Below are positions 25,847-34,232 of a DNA stretch of 64,000 nucleotides, piece after piece (positions within the stretch are counted from its first letter, which is position 1; each line of letters opens with the position of its first letter). The notes under the pieces are model-generated. The model searched no databases and was not told the DNA's origin. It worked only from the letters and a program-made list of their open reading frames with translations. Source of the DNA: a virus (taxonomy: Duplodnaviria; Caudoviricetes); IMG/VR virus record IMGVR_UViG_2808606883_000001, positions 3,917 to 67,916 of that record. The stretch is one strand, 5' to 3'. A program made the position numbers and the translations under genes.

Positions 25847-26574
25847 AAAACGTATTCGTACAGCGCTTCGAGCGCAACGCAGTCGGCCGTGATTTCGCGG
25901 TGGGCGATATCCACGGGTGTTTCACGAAACTCGAAGGCGCCCTCGCCACTCTCGGATTTGATGAATCGCGCGACCGCCTGTTCTCGGTCGGCGATCTTGT
26001 CGACCGCGGCCCGGAATCCGAGCGCGTACTCGAATGGCTCGATAAGCCGTGGTTCCATCCGGTACAGGGCAATCATGAAGATATGGCGATTCGATTCACA
26101 CATGGCACACGCGAGACGCAACATTATTTGATGAACGGCGGCTCGTGGCTGGTCTGTAAGACGCCGCAAGAGCAAACGCCTTTCGCCGATGCGCTCGTCA
26201 TGCTGCCCTATGCGATCGAAGTCGAGACGAGCGGCGGCATCGTTGGCATCGTTCACGCTGACGTTTCCGGGCCTACATGGGGCGGCATGATCGATGCGTT
26301 CTCGGTGGTGACGAGCAACAACAAGCTGAAGGCGATCACGAACGATTGTCTCTGGTGCCGCGACCGAATCCAAAACGAGGATCTATCCGGCGTGCCCGAT
26401 GTACGAGCGGTCATCGTCGGCCATACGCCGCTCAAGCGCCCCACCATTCTTGGGAACGTCTATCACATTGACACCGGGGGCTGGACGCGTGATGGGTATT
26501 TCACTTTCATTGATCTCGATACGCTCGAGACTATTCCGCCGACGGCTGAGCGGCTTTATTGGGAGGGAGCATGA
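25843..26574 (+). CDS. NinI-like serine/threonine protein phosphatase
   Basis: GDIHG, GDLVDRG, GNHE, VGHT, IDTG motifs of the lambda phosphatase family. Confidence 0.92.
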   Translation: MKNVFVQRFERNAVGRDFAVGDIHGCFTKLEGALATLGFDESRDRLFSVGDLVDRGPESERVLEWLDKPWFHPVQGNHEDMAIRFTHGTRETQHYLMNGGSWLVCKTPQEQTPFADALVMLPYAIEVETSGGIVGIVHADVSGPTWGGMIDAFSVVTSNNKLKAITNDCLWCRDRIQNEDLSGVPDVRAVIVGHTPLKRPTILGNVYHIDTGGWTRDGYFTFIDLDTLETIPPTAERLYWEGA

Positions 26575-26774
26575 CCAACGACTGCCCGCGCGCCGGCCGC
26601 TGGATCGGCGGGTGCAAGTTTGAGGTGAGGTATGACCTGATTCCGCTAGCCGCGCGAACCGATCTACTTGCGCCGTACCAATCAATCATGGAAATCGAGG
26701 CGCGCACGAAGCGCATCTACGTCGCCGATGTCTGTACGCGCTGCGGCAAGGTAGTTAAACGGGAGGCAACATGA
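26571..26774 (+). CDS. Small Cys-containing protein
   Basis: Coupled ORF with CTRCG. Confidence 0.55.
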   Translation: MTNDCPRAGRWIGGCKFEVRYDLIPLAARTDLLAPYQSIMEIEARTKRIYVADVCTRCGKVVKREAT

Positions 26775-27028
26775 CCTGGAACCACCGAGTAGTTGAGCAT
26801 CAAACGAACGGCGAAACATGGCGAGCCATCCACGAGGTCTATTACGACGATGCCGGCGTGCCGTGGGGCTACACGGAGAACGCAGTCGGGATCGTATGGG
26901 ATGAAGACGGCGATCCACATTGGACGCTCGATCAGATGCGGAAGGCGCTTGATGCGCCAGTGCTGGCGGAATCGGACTTCATTGGGAAATCGCCGGCAGC
27001 CGAAGATGACGAAATGGAGGAAGCATGA
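26771..27028 (+). CDS. Hypothetical protein
   Basis: MTWNHRV..IHEVYYD pattern. Confidence 0.65.
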   Translation: MTWNHRVVEHQTNGETWRAIHEVYYDDAGVPWGYTENAVGIVWDEDGDPHWTLDQMRKALDAPVLAESDFIGKSPAAEDDEMEEA

Positions 27029-27417
27029 ACTTGTTTAAGAAACTGTTCAGCCGCAAGACGAAAGCCGCAACCGTAACGACATCGGTCACGAATGAGCGCA
27101 GATCGCCAGCCTATCCGCGTTCAGCCTACAGCGCATATCAAGGGATGCGGCAAGACGATTCGACCGACCTACTGAATCCACTCAATCCGCTGAGCCCGAT
27201 AAGCCCGTTCAATCCGCTCCATTCGTCGATCTACTCGTCCTCGGATTCGTCGACGAGCAGCAGCTTTGACGCATCGACGACATCCAGTAGCCACGATTGC
27301 TCGTCAAGCCATGACTACGGCAGTTCGTCCAAATCATGGGATTCGGGGAGCAGCAGTTGCGATAGTTCATCGAGCAGCTTTGACGCGGGTTCGTCTAGCA
27401 GTGGTTCGGATTGGTAG
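27025..27417 (+). CDS. Serine-rich low-complexity protein
   Basis: C-terminal half is S/D/G-rich. Confidence 0.65.
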   Translation: MNLFKKLFSRKTKAATVTTSVTNERRSPAYPRSAYSAYQGMRQDDSTDLLNPLNPLSPISPFNPLHSSIYSSSDSSTSSSFDASTTSSSHDCSSSHDYGSSSKSWDSGSSSCDSSSSSFDAGSSSSGSDW

Positions 27418-27580
27418 GGGTTGACATGACCAACACCATTGAATTCCGCCGCTGGAACAGTCGGCGCAGCTACGTGTTCTGCTTCTGGGAAGACGGCGAG
27501 CTGAAGATTTTCAAGGACGAGACGATCGCTAAGCGATGGGCCGAGCGTCAGGGGTTTAAGGCTGTTTTTGTGGAGGAAGC

Positions 27581-28831
27581 ATGATCGAGATCATCGACAC
27601 TATCCTAAAGAATCCTATCGCCACCGGCATGAGCGCCACAGCAATAATCGGAGGCCTCGTCTATCAGGCGAAGAACCTGCCAAAGATGATCTATGGCATT
27701 GGGCTCCGTACGTTCACCGTTCACATGACGGTTGATAGCCGCGATCCGGTATTTCGATGGATCGATCGGTGGTTGTCAAACCAGGAATATGCAAAACGGA
27801 CGCATCGCGTCATCCTGCGCTCAATGGGCCGACAGGGGCATATCGATGACTCGACCGAGGCCGGGTCATGGCTTCTGAGCCCCGGCAATGGCTCGCACTG
27901 GTTTTGGTGGGAGGCCAGACTTATTTTCTTTGCGCGCGCCTTCGAAGATGGAAAGTCGCATAACAATCAAACCATTGAGAAGATCGAATTCCGCACGCTC
28001 GGGCGATCACAGGAAATCATGCGCCGCATTATCGAGCAGGCAGAAGAGATCGCCACCCAAACCACGCTTGTTGCAATCCATGTTTATCGCGGCGGCTGGT
28101 GGCGGCCAGTTCCCGGAAAAACGCCCCGTGCGCTGGAAAGTCTGGTGCTTCAGGATGGCCAGCGCGAGAGGATCATGGCTGATATGGCATGGTTCTCTGG
28201 TGCACGGGAATGGTATGCGGAGCGCGGAATTCCTTACCGCCGTGGGTATCTGTTTTCCGGGCCGCCAGGTACTGGCAAGACCTCTATCGTCCTTGCTATC
28301 GCCGGGGCAATCAGGCGACCCGTGTGCGCCCTAAATTTGGGCTCGCTTGAAAATGACGACCAATTGTTCGACGCAGTTTCGGAGGCACCGAAGAACGCAA
28401 TTATCCTGATCGAAGATATCGATTGCGCCACGCCATCCAAGAGTCGAGCCATTAAAGATGAATCAGATGGTGCGCCGACGAAGGTGGAAATCGGTGGCGT
28501 CACGAAAGCGGGTCTACTGAACGCATTGGACGGCATCGGAACGCCTGATGGTCGAATCTTCATCCTGACCACGAATTACCCAGAGCGCCTTGACGACGCT
28601 TTGACGCGTCCTGGCCGTGCAGACGTTCATGAAAGATTCGACTACCTACGAGCCAGTGAGCAAATCCAGATGGCAACGCGGTTCTACGGCGCTAGCTCTA
28701 GTTATCAGCCAGTGACGCGCGCCATTTCACCGGCAGTCATGCAGGCAGCCTTCATGCGGCATCCGGATGACTGGAGAAAGGCGCGACAACTACTTGACGA
28801 ATGCCAAATTGACGAACAGGAGGCAGCATGA
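27581..28831 (+). CDS. BCS1-like AAA+ ATPase
   Basis: N-terminal TM, GIPYRRGYLFSGPPGTGKTS, IEDID, GLLNALDG, TTNYPERLDDALTRPGRAD. Confidence 0.85.
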   Translation: MIEIIDTILKNPIATGMSATAIIGGLVYQAKNLPKMIYGIGLRTFTVHMTVDSRDPVFRWIDRWLSNQEYAKRTHRVILRSMGRQGHIDDSTEAGSWLLSPGNGSHWFWWEARLIFFARAFEDGKSHNNQTIEKIEFRTLGRSQEIMRRIIEQAEEIATQTTLVAIHVYRGGWWRPVPGKTPRALESLVLQDGQRERIMADMAWFSGAREWYAERGIPYRRGYLFSGPPGTGKTSIVLAIAGAIRRPVCALNLGSLENDDQLFDAVSEAPKNAIILIEDIDCATPSKSRAIKDESDGAPTKVEIGGVTKAGLLNALDGIGTPDGRIFILTTNYPERLDDALTRPGRADVHERFDYLRASEQIQMATRFYGASSSYQPVTRAISPAVMQAAFMRHPDDWRKARQLLDECQIDEQEAA

Positions 28832-29121
28832 TCGACATTGACGCACTGGAGAAACTGGCGAAGGGCGCTGCAGAATCCGGCGTCACCGGGCATCGGGTGA
28901 AGTTCTTCATGACGATGGACCCGGAGATTGTCCTCGCCCTGATCGCCGAGGTGCGGGCGTTGCGTACATATCGCGAGATGGCGCCGAAACAGGTCTATGA
29001 GCTTATGGGTGTTGTTATTGATATCGAGCAAGGTCACGGATTCGATTCGGTCTGCCTGAACACGATTAAGCGGGTGCTCGATCAATTACGTGGCATTGCA
29101 GGCACAAAATCTTGTGGATGA
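28828..29121 (+). CDS. Hypothetical protein
   Basis: DPEIVLALIAEVRALR segment typical of Ead-like small proteins. Confidence 0.6.
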   Translation: MIDIDALEKLAKGAAESGVTGHRVKFFMTMDPEIVLALIAEVRALRTYREMAPKQVYELMGVVIDIEQGHGFDSVCLNTIKRVLDQLRGIAGTKSCG

Positions 29122-29227
29122 ATACGGGATTCGCACAACCCCTTGATTGTGTAGTATCATATAGCACTACTAATGGTGGCCGAAGACCACCTGCATCATC
29201 GGGGCTCACGCAGAGGCGGAGAGCGCA

Positions 29228-29818
29228 GTGGAAGGATCAAGCCAGGAAGGGATTTTTCGAAGTGCGCATGAGGCAGTCGTGTTCGCGCTGAATTTCGCGA
29301 GCCAGCAATATGCGTTGTCACCCATCGCCAAGCTCATGCAAGAAGGCGCACTCGGCAGCGGTCGCGGGTTGTCAGGACTGGACGGGGCCGCCCAGGCTGG
29401 CATGGTAATCGCCGAACTTGCGAAGCTGGACTATTGCCATGCCGTGTCATTGGTCGCCCGTTGCGCAACGCGCCAGATCCGATGCAATTGTAGTTCGCCA
29501 TGCTGTAGTGGATGGCGCGACAGCGAGCTTTGGCGAGAGGCTATCAGCATCATGACTGACCATGCGGTAGCGGCCTTGGCTGGCGAACTGTCGAATCGAG
29601 AAGTGCGACTCGCGTCAGTGCAAAAGCATTTCGGCCACAAGGTGACAATCCAGGAAATTGCTGATGATGCCGGAGTACATCGAGAGACAGCCGGCAAACA
29701 GCACGCCAAGATTGTCGGCGCATTGAAAGGACTGGAATCGCGAGCATGGCAGGCGTTCAGCAGCGCGCTGGAAAACGGCGGGATGCTGATTCGCGAAGAA
29801 AATTCAGAAAGTGCTTGA
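29228..29818 (+). CDS. Q-like late antiterminator/regulator
   Basis: CxCxxxCC, C-terminal HTH (VTIQEIADDAGVHRETA); immediately followed by a pR'/tR'-like arrangement. Confidence 0.65.
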   Translation: MEGSSQEGIFRSAHEAVVFALNFASQQYALSPIAKLMQEGALGSGRGLSGLDGAAQAGMVIAELAKLDYCHAVSLVARCATRQIRCNCSSPCCSGWRDSELWREAISIMTDHAVAALAGELSNREVRLASVQKHFGHKVTIQEIADDAGVHRETAGKQHAKIVGALKGLESRAWQAFSSALENGGMLIREENSESA

Positions 29819-29843
29819 CCCGACAAAAAATGTCGAATATAGT
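29815..29843 (+). promoter_or_regulatory. Late promoter pR'-like
   Basis: -35 TTGACC, 17 bp spacer containing the inverted repeat CGACA-N5-TGTCG, -10 TATAGT. Confidence 0.75.
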
Positions 29844-29876
29844 CTCTTTCATATACCGTACCATAAGTATGCGCGA

Positions 29877-29910
29877 AGCCCGCAAAGCCTTGAGCCGAGC
29901 GGGCTTTTTC
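29877..29910 (+). terminator. tR'-like intrinsic terminator
   Basis: AGCCCGC...GCGGGCT followed by TTTT. Confidence 0.7.
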
Positions 29911-29923
29911 GTTCTGGCTCGCC

Positions 29924-30112
29924 ATGTCCGCCCTTCCTTCGCACCACTATCGTGACCCGATGCTTGTGCTTGAGGCGAAACAGGCCCGCGAGCAGCGCGA
30001 GAAACGGCGTGAGCGGCCCCGGATGGAACGCTGCGAAGCTGAGTGCTGGTCGCCAGCCCGCAAGGCCGCAGAAGCGCTCTTTGACCTGCCGCGGCCCATT
30101 CGCGAGCCGTAA
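29924..30112 (+). CDS. Small hypothetical protein
   Basis: YRDPMLVLEAKQ motif; first late ORF. Confidence 0.55.
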   Translation: MSALPSHHYRDPMLVLEAKQAREQREKRRERPRMERCEAECWSPARKAAEALFDLPRPIREP

Positions 30113-30271
30113 CCCGCCCCCCGGCCGTGCAACGCGGCATAAATTCAAGGCAGCCATGAACGAATTCATCGCCGAATGGCTGACCGCTTGCGCTCGCGTC
30201 GCGTGGATCTATTCGCTTTGGCTGGATGAGGCAGCGGAGGCGTTCGCGAAAAATTGAAATCGGAGATAGCG

Positions 30272-30559
30272 ATGGTAATACGGGCAAAGTTGCAGGTACA
30301 GGGCGTGTCGGATATCTCCGGCAGCGGGCCGAACTGGTCGCCAGACAACCGCGAGATGGTGAAGATTGGCGAGCGTCTCACATTCATGGCAGTCGGTCTG
30401 GGCCGCGCATACAACTCAGATGGCACGGGCGATGAGGACAATACGTATGCCCGCTGGTCGCCGCAAGCCAATCTTGATCTCGCATGCATGAATCCGGCGC
30501 TCTTTGGCAAGTTCAAGGTCGGCGATAAGTTCTACGTTGACTTCACGCCGGCGGAATAA
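30272..30559 (+). CDS. Hypothetical protein
   Basis: GGAG RBS; ENTY/FAKW-type motif (DNTYARWSPQA..NPAL.GKF..GDKFYVDFTPA). Confidence 0.7.
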   Translation: MVIRAKLQVQGVSDISGSGPNWSPDNREMVKIGERLTFMAVGLGRAYNSDGTGDEDNTYARWSPQANLDLACMNPALFGKFKVGDKFYVDFTPAE

Positions 30560-30564
30560 GCAGT

Positions 30565-31135
30565 AAATCGGCCGCAAGATCGGGCGGACGCCGGAGCCGT
30601 AACTGGCAATTCAATCAACGGCAACAGCCGGGAGCAAAGACGTGAGGCCGCGTCGCCGGATACGGTCCTAGGCTATGGTGTTATATCTGACAGCTTGAGT
30701 TTGGGTTGCGGATATATCGGCAGGCACGCGAAACGACCACGGTCCGAAAGGGCCGGCTGACATGGGCGCCAAAGTGTTCCTCCTTCCGCGAGTATAGATC
30801 GGAACGACGCCATGTCAGTAAGGGACTCGCACCTCCTGATGCAAGGAGACAACGGACTCGCCGGGAGGCGCTCCGACATCGCCGTAACATCTAGGCATGG
30901 CCCACCTCTGCGGCACAACGGGCCACTTCACACATGCGCTTGCGAGCCCTTCCGGTTGGGGTCTCATCGATGGCGAGCGCAGTTGTGAAGGTCTGCGCCA
31001 GATGAAAAACCAGTAGCGTACGCCCGCCCATACCTTCGCGAAGGTCAACCGGTGACTACGTCTTAAGCTCTGGCGCCCCTTCACTGAGGAAATCCCCGGT
31101 ACGCAAGCCGGCAGCGCGGAGGCAGAGTCCGCGCC
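30565..31135 (+). ncRNA. Candidate structured non-coding RNA upstream of the tRNA cluster
   Basis: About 570 nt without a credible ORF; GGTCC-GAAA-GGGCC, CTGACATGG/CCATGTCAG, GCGCAG/CTGCGC and GCGCGGA/TCCGCGC stems. Confidence 0.45.
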
Positions 31136-31141
31136 CTCTGC

Positions 31142-31213
31142 TTAGGGCTATGGTAACGGTAGCCGGCCGGCCTCCAAATCCGTGCAGTCCCGGTTCAAAT
31201 CCGGGGCCCTATG
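31142..31213 (+). tRNA. tRNA-Trp(CCA), atypical (weak anticodon stem, no encoded CCA)
   Basis: Anticodon loop CTCCAAA, T-arm CCCGG-TTCAAAT-CCGGG, acceptor TAGGGC/GCCCTA. Confidence 0.65.
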
Positions 31214-31289
31214 CAGAAGGTGAAATTAGCGACGCGCTTGGCGATAGCCACCTACGGGTCACGCGGTCGCGCGAAAGTAGCCTCCTTAT

Positions 31290-31368
31290 CTGAGTGTATT
31301 GTCAGTCTGGTCAGACGGCCGCGCCTGGAACGCGGAGGACGGTGGTTCGAATCCATCCACTCAGACCA
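31290..31368 (+). tRNA. tRNA-Pro(TGG)
   Basis: Acceptor CTGAGTG/CACTCAG, stem CCGCG/CGCGG around CCTGGAA, TTCGAAT loop, ACCA end. Confidence 0.9.
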
Positions 31369-31376
31369 CATCACGC

Positions 31377-31452
31377 AGCGGGATGGAGCAGTTGGAAGCT
31401 CGTCGGGCTCATAACCCGAAGGTCGACGGTTCAAGTCCGTCTCCCGCTACCA
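31377..31452 (+). tRNA. tRNA-Met(CAT), initiator-like
   Basis: TCGGG-CTCATAA-CCCGA with three G:C pairs, A11:U24, ACCA end. Confidence 0.93.
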
Positions 31453-31467
31453 TTTCGGCAGGCTCTC

Positions 31468-31686
31468 ATGGCAACGCGCAAATCGAAAGTGATTCCTGTC
31501 GCGACGCCTGAGCACATCTGCAAGGAATGCCGGCACGCGCGATTGAAGCGCGGCGACGGACTGTACTGTCATCGCTACCCACCATCCTTCGTTTATGACC
31601 CGTCAAGCGGGATGACGGAGCCGCGTTGGCCTGAGATTGATTCCACCGATAGCTGCGGAGAGTTTGCGGCGCATCTCTCATCGTAA
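31468..31686 (+). CDS. Small Cys-rich protein
   Basis: CKEC..CHRYPP..CGEF. Confidence 0.7.
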   Translation: MATRKSKVIPVATPEHICKECRHARLKRGDGLYCHRYPPSFVYDPSSGMTEPRWPEIDSTDSCGEFAAHLSS

Positions 31687-31698
31687 CCAAGGAACCGC

Positions 31699-32874
31699 AT
31701 GGCACGCACCTACGATCCGAAGTTGCGAGAATTCGCATCGGAAGCCGAGCTGAAATGGCTGAATGCGATCGATGAGCATGGCGGCCCGACGAAAGCCGCG
31801 CGGGCGCTCGGCATTCACCATAGCGCCCTGACGCGCATGGTTGATCGCTTGGAAGTCGCTGCGGCAAAGCAAGGCTGGTCGCCAGCGCATCACATGACGC
31901 ATATGGTCCCTGATGGCTTCGGGGTCAAGGGCGTCAGCACGTATTTCGACAAAGACGGAAACCCCAAGGGACAATGGGTCAAGAGCTTTCTTGACCGCGA
32001 CCGTCAACTAGAAATCTTGCGCGATGCTGCGGCCGCGATGGCTGAAACGTTGCCGCGCGTGCGCCCTATCGCTTCCCCGTCGAAGGTTGATGAAGCGCTC
32101 TGCAACCTGATCGTATTCACCGATTATCATGTCGGGCAACTAGCTTGGCATAAGGAAGGCGGCGCAGACTGGAACCTCAAGATCGCTGAGAACCTGTTGA
32201 TCGCGAGCTTCATGCACTTGGTGCAAGCCGCTCCCGCCGCAGCTAACTGCGTCCTAACGATCCAAGGCGATTTCCTCCATACGGATGGCTTGCTGCCGTT
32301 GACGCCGGCGCACAAGAACGTGCTTGATGCGGATGGACGGTTCTCGAAGATCGTTGCGGCAGCGATCCGAGTAGTTCGCCATCTGGTGAACTATGCTCTG
32401 AGCAAGCATCGCCAAGTGCACTTGGCGATCTGCGAAGGGAATCACGATGAGGCCAGTTCAGTGTGGCTTCGCCATATGTTCGCCGCGCTCTATGAGAATG
32501 AGTCGCGTCTGACCGTCAACGATTCGGAATTGCCCTTCTACGCTTATCAGTTTGGCGACGTGATGCTCGGTTTCCACCATGGCCACAAAGTCACGAACGA
32601 GCAATTGCCGCTTCTATTCGCCGCTCAGTTCCCCAAGATGTGGGGCAATACTGCGAAGCGACAGATTCACTGTGGCCATCGCCACCACGTGGACGAAAAG
32701 GAATACAACGGCGTGACGGTCGTTCAGCATCCGACGCTCGCCGCTCGGGACGCCCACGCCTCGCGAGGCGGTTACATTGCCAATCGCGCAGCCCAGTTGA
32801 TCACTTATCACGAGAGGTTCGGCCAAGTGGCACGGAATTTCGTGGTGCCTGAGATGTTCGAGGAAGCGGCATGA
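31699..32874 (+). CDS. HTH plus calcineurin-like metallophosphoesterase
   Basis: TDYHVG, GDFLH, GNHD, HHGH, GHRHH metal-binding motifs. Confidence 0.85.
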   Translation: MARTYDPKLREFASEAELKWLNAIDEHGGPTKAARALGIHHSALTRMVDRLEVAAAKQGWSPAHHMTHMVPDGFGVKGVSTYFDKDGNPKGQWVKSFLDRDRQLEILRDAAAAMAETLPRVRPIASPSKVDEALCNLIVFTDYHVGQLAWHKEGGADWNLKIAENLLIASFMHLVQAAPAAANCVLTIQGDFLHTDGLLPLTPAHKNVLDADGRFSKIVAAAIRVVRHLVNYALSKHRQVHLAICEGNHDEASSVWLRHMFAALYENESRLTVNDSELPFYAYQFGDVMLGFHHGHKVTNEQLPLLFAAQFPKMWGNTAKRQIHCGHRHHVDEKEYNGVTVVQHPTLAARDAHASRGGYIANRAAQLITYHERFGQVARNFVVPEMFEEAA

Positions 32875-33140
32875 GCACTTCCTACCGTGAAGACTGCAAC
32901 CGAGCCAAGGCCGCACGCGAAGGCATCGTCGAGCAATGCCCGGTACGAAAAGGCGCGAAGAAGGACAAGCCGATCATCGTCGAATATTGCGCGGCCAAGA
33001 AATGGGCCGCTAGGATCGATCCCATCATTGACCGCGAGTGGCGACGTTGGGGCAGCTACCGCACGGTAGAGGAAGCCGAGAAGATGATCGCCGGCCAGAA
33101 GCGCAAGCACGATCTTTTTGAATTCAGAATCAAGGCTTGA
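32871..33140 (+). CDS. Hypothetical protein
   Basis: Coupled ORF. Confidence 0.6.
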   Translation: MSTSYREDCNRAKAAREGIVEQCPVRKGAKKDKPIIVEYCAAKKWAARIDPIIDREWRRWGSYRTVEEAEKMIAGQKRKHDLFEFRIKA

Positions 33141-33286
33141 TGCTCCCAAGACACACATTCACAATGCGACCTCGATTCTGATGCTCGCAGGCTACTGATC
33201 ACCGCCGCCCCGCCAGTTCTGGCGTCACGGGGCGCACGCAGCGCAATGCTGCACGCCGGGCAACCGGCACCCTATTCTACAAAGCC

Positions 33287-33646
33287 ATGACTTACCCGAG
33301 TAACCAGAACGCATCGGTCGGAGCAATCCCGGTCTATCTGGTATCGCAACCGAACTCGGGACCATGGCCGAGCGTACAGAGCAACGCCAATGGGGCGATG
33401 CCCGTCTATTTCGTGTCGCAGCCTGGTTCCGGCCCGTGGCCAAGCGACCAAGCGAAAGCCGCTGGAGCGATCCCCGTTCGCGTCGTGAGTCCCCCGACAG
33501 GAAGCGGACCTTTCCCAAGCGACCAAGGACAAAATGGCGGCGCAGTCCCAATTTGGGACGCTGGCGGCGCTCCAGTGGAAGCGAAGACGTATCCGAACAA
33601 ACAAAACGCCGCAGCTGGGGCGATTCCGGTGTGGCGAATCAACTAG
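33287..33646 (+). CDS. Tandem-repeat protein (5 x about 24 aa)
   Basis: Unit (Y/W/F)P(S/N)xQxxxxGA(I/M/V)P(V/I). Confidence 0.75.
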   Translation: MTYPSNQNASVGAIPVYLVSQPNSGPWPSVQSNANGAMPVYFVSQPGSGPWPSDQAKAAGAIPVRVVSPPTGSGPFPSDQGQNGGAVPIWDAGGAPVEAKTYPNKQNAAAGAIPVWRIN

Positions 33647-33672
33647 GAAAGGGCCGATGCCCGTGATTGGGT

Positions 33673-34185
33673 ATGGCAAGACCGTCAAAACTGACTGATG
33701 TCCAATGGGAAGCGATCGGGAAACGGCTGTTGGCTGGCGAATCAGCAGCAGCTCTGTCGCGCGAGTTTGGCGTAAGCAAAGCGGCGATATCGATCCGATT
33801 TTCGAAACGCAATGAGAAGATAAAAAACGTTGCGAATCAAATAGTTGAGACGGAGCGCGCCCTTTCATTCCTAAACGTTTCTGAACAAATTGCTGCTCGT
33901 TCACTTGCCGATGACCTGAAGGCGATCAGCGAGCATTTGGCTGGGGCTGCTCGTTTCGGGGCGGCCACATCCCATCGCCTCGCCGGGATAGCGCACAGCA
34001 AGGTTGCTGAGATTGACGATGCCGCGCCTTTGACTGAAGAGAGTCTTGCTGCACTGAAAGGCATCGCCGTCATGACGCGCATGGCAAATGATGCAAGCGA
34101 AATCGGGCTGAATCTGCTTCGTGCGAATAAAGATTCAAATATCGACGATGCCAAGGTGACTATCGAAGGCGGATTGCCCGATTAG
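33673..34185 (+). CDS. terS: Terminase small subunit
   Basis: N-terminal HTH (AAALSREFGVSKAAIS), directly upstream of the large terminase. Confidence 0.75.
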   Translation: MARPSKLTDVQWEAIGKRLLAGESAAALSREFGVSKAAISIRFSKRNEKIKNVANQIVETERALSFLNVSEQIAARSLADDLKAISEHLAGAARFGAATSHRLAGIAHSKVAEIDDAAPLTEESLAALKGIAVMTRMANDASEIGLNLLRANKDSNIDDAKVTIEGGLPD

Positions 34186-34232
34186 AATAATGAAATGAGA
34201 GTCGCTAGTACGCGGCAAAGTGAAATCTACTC

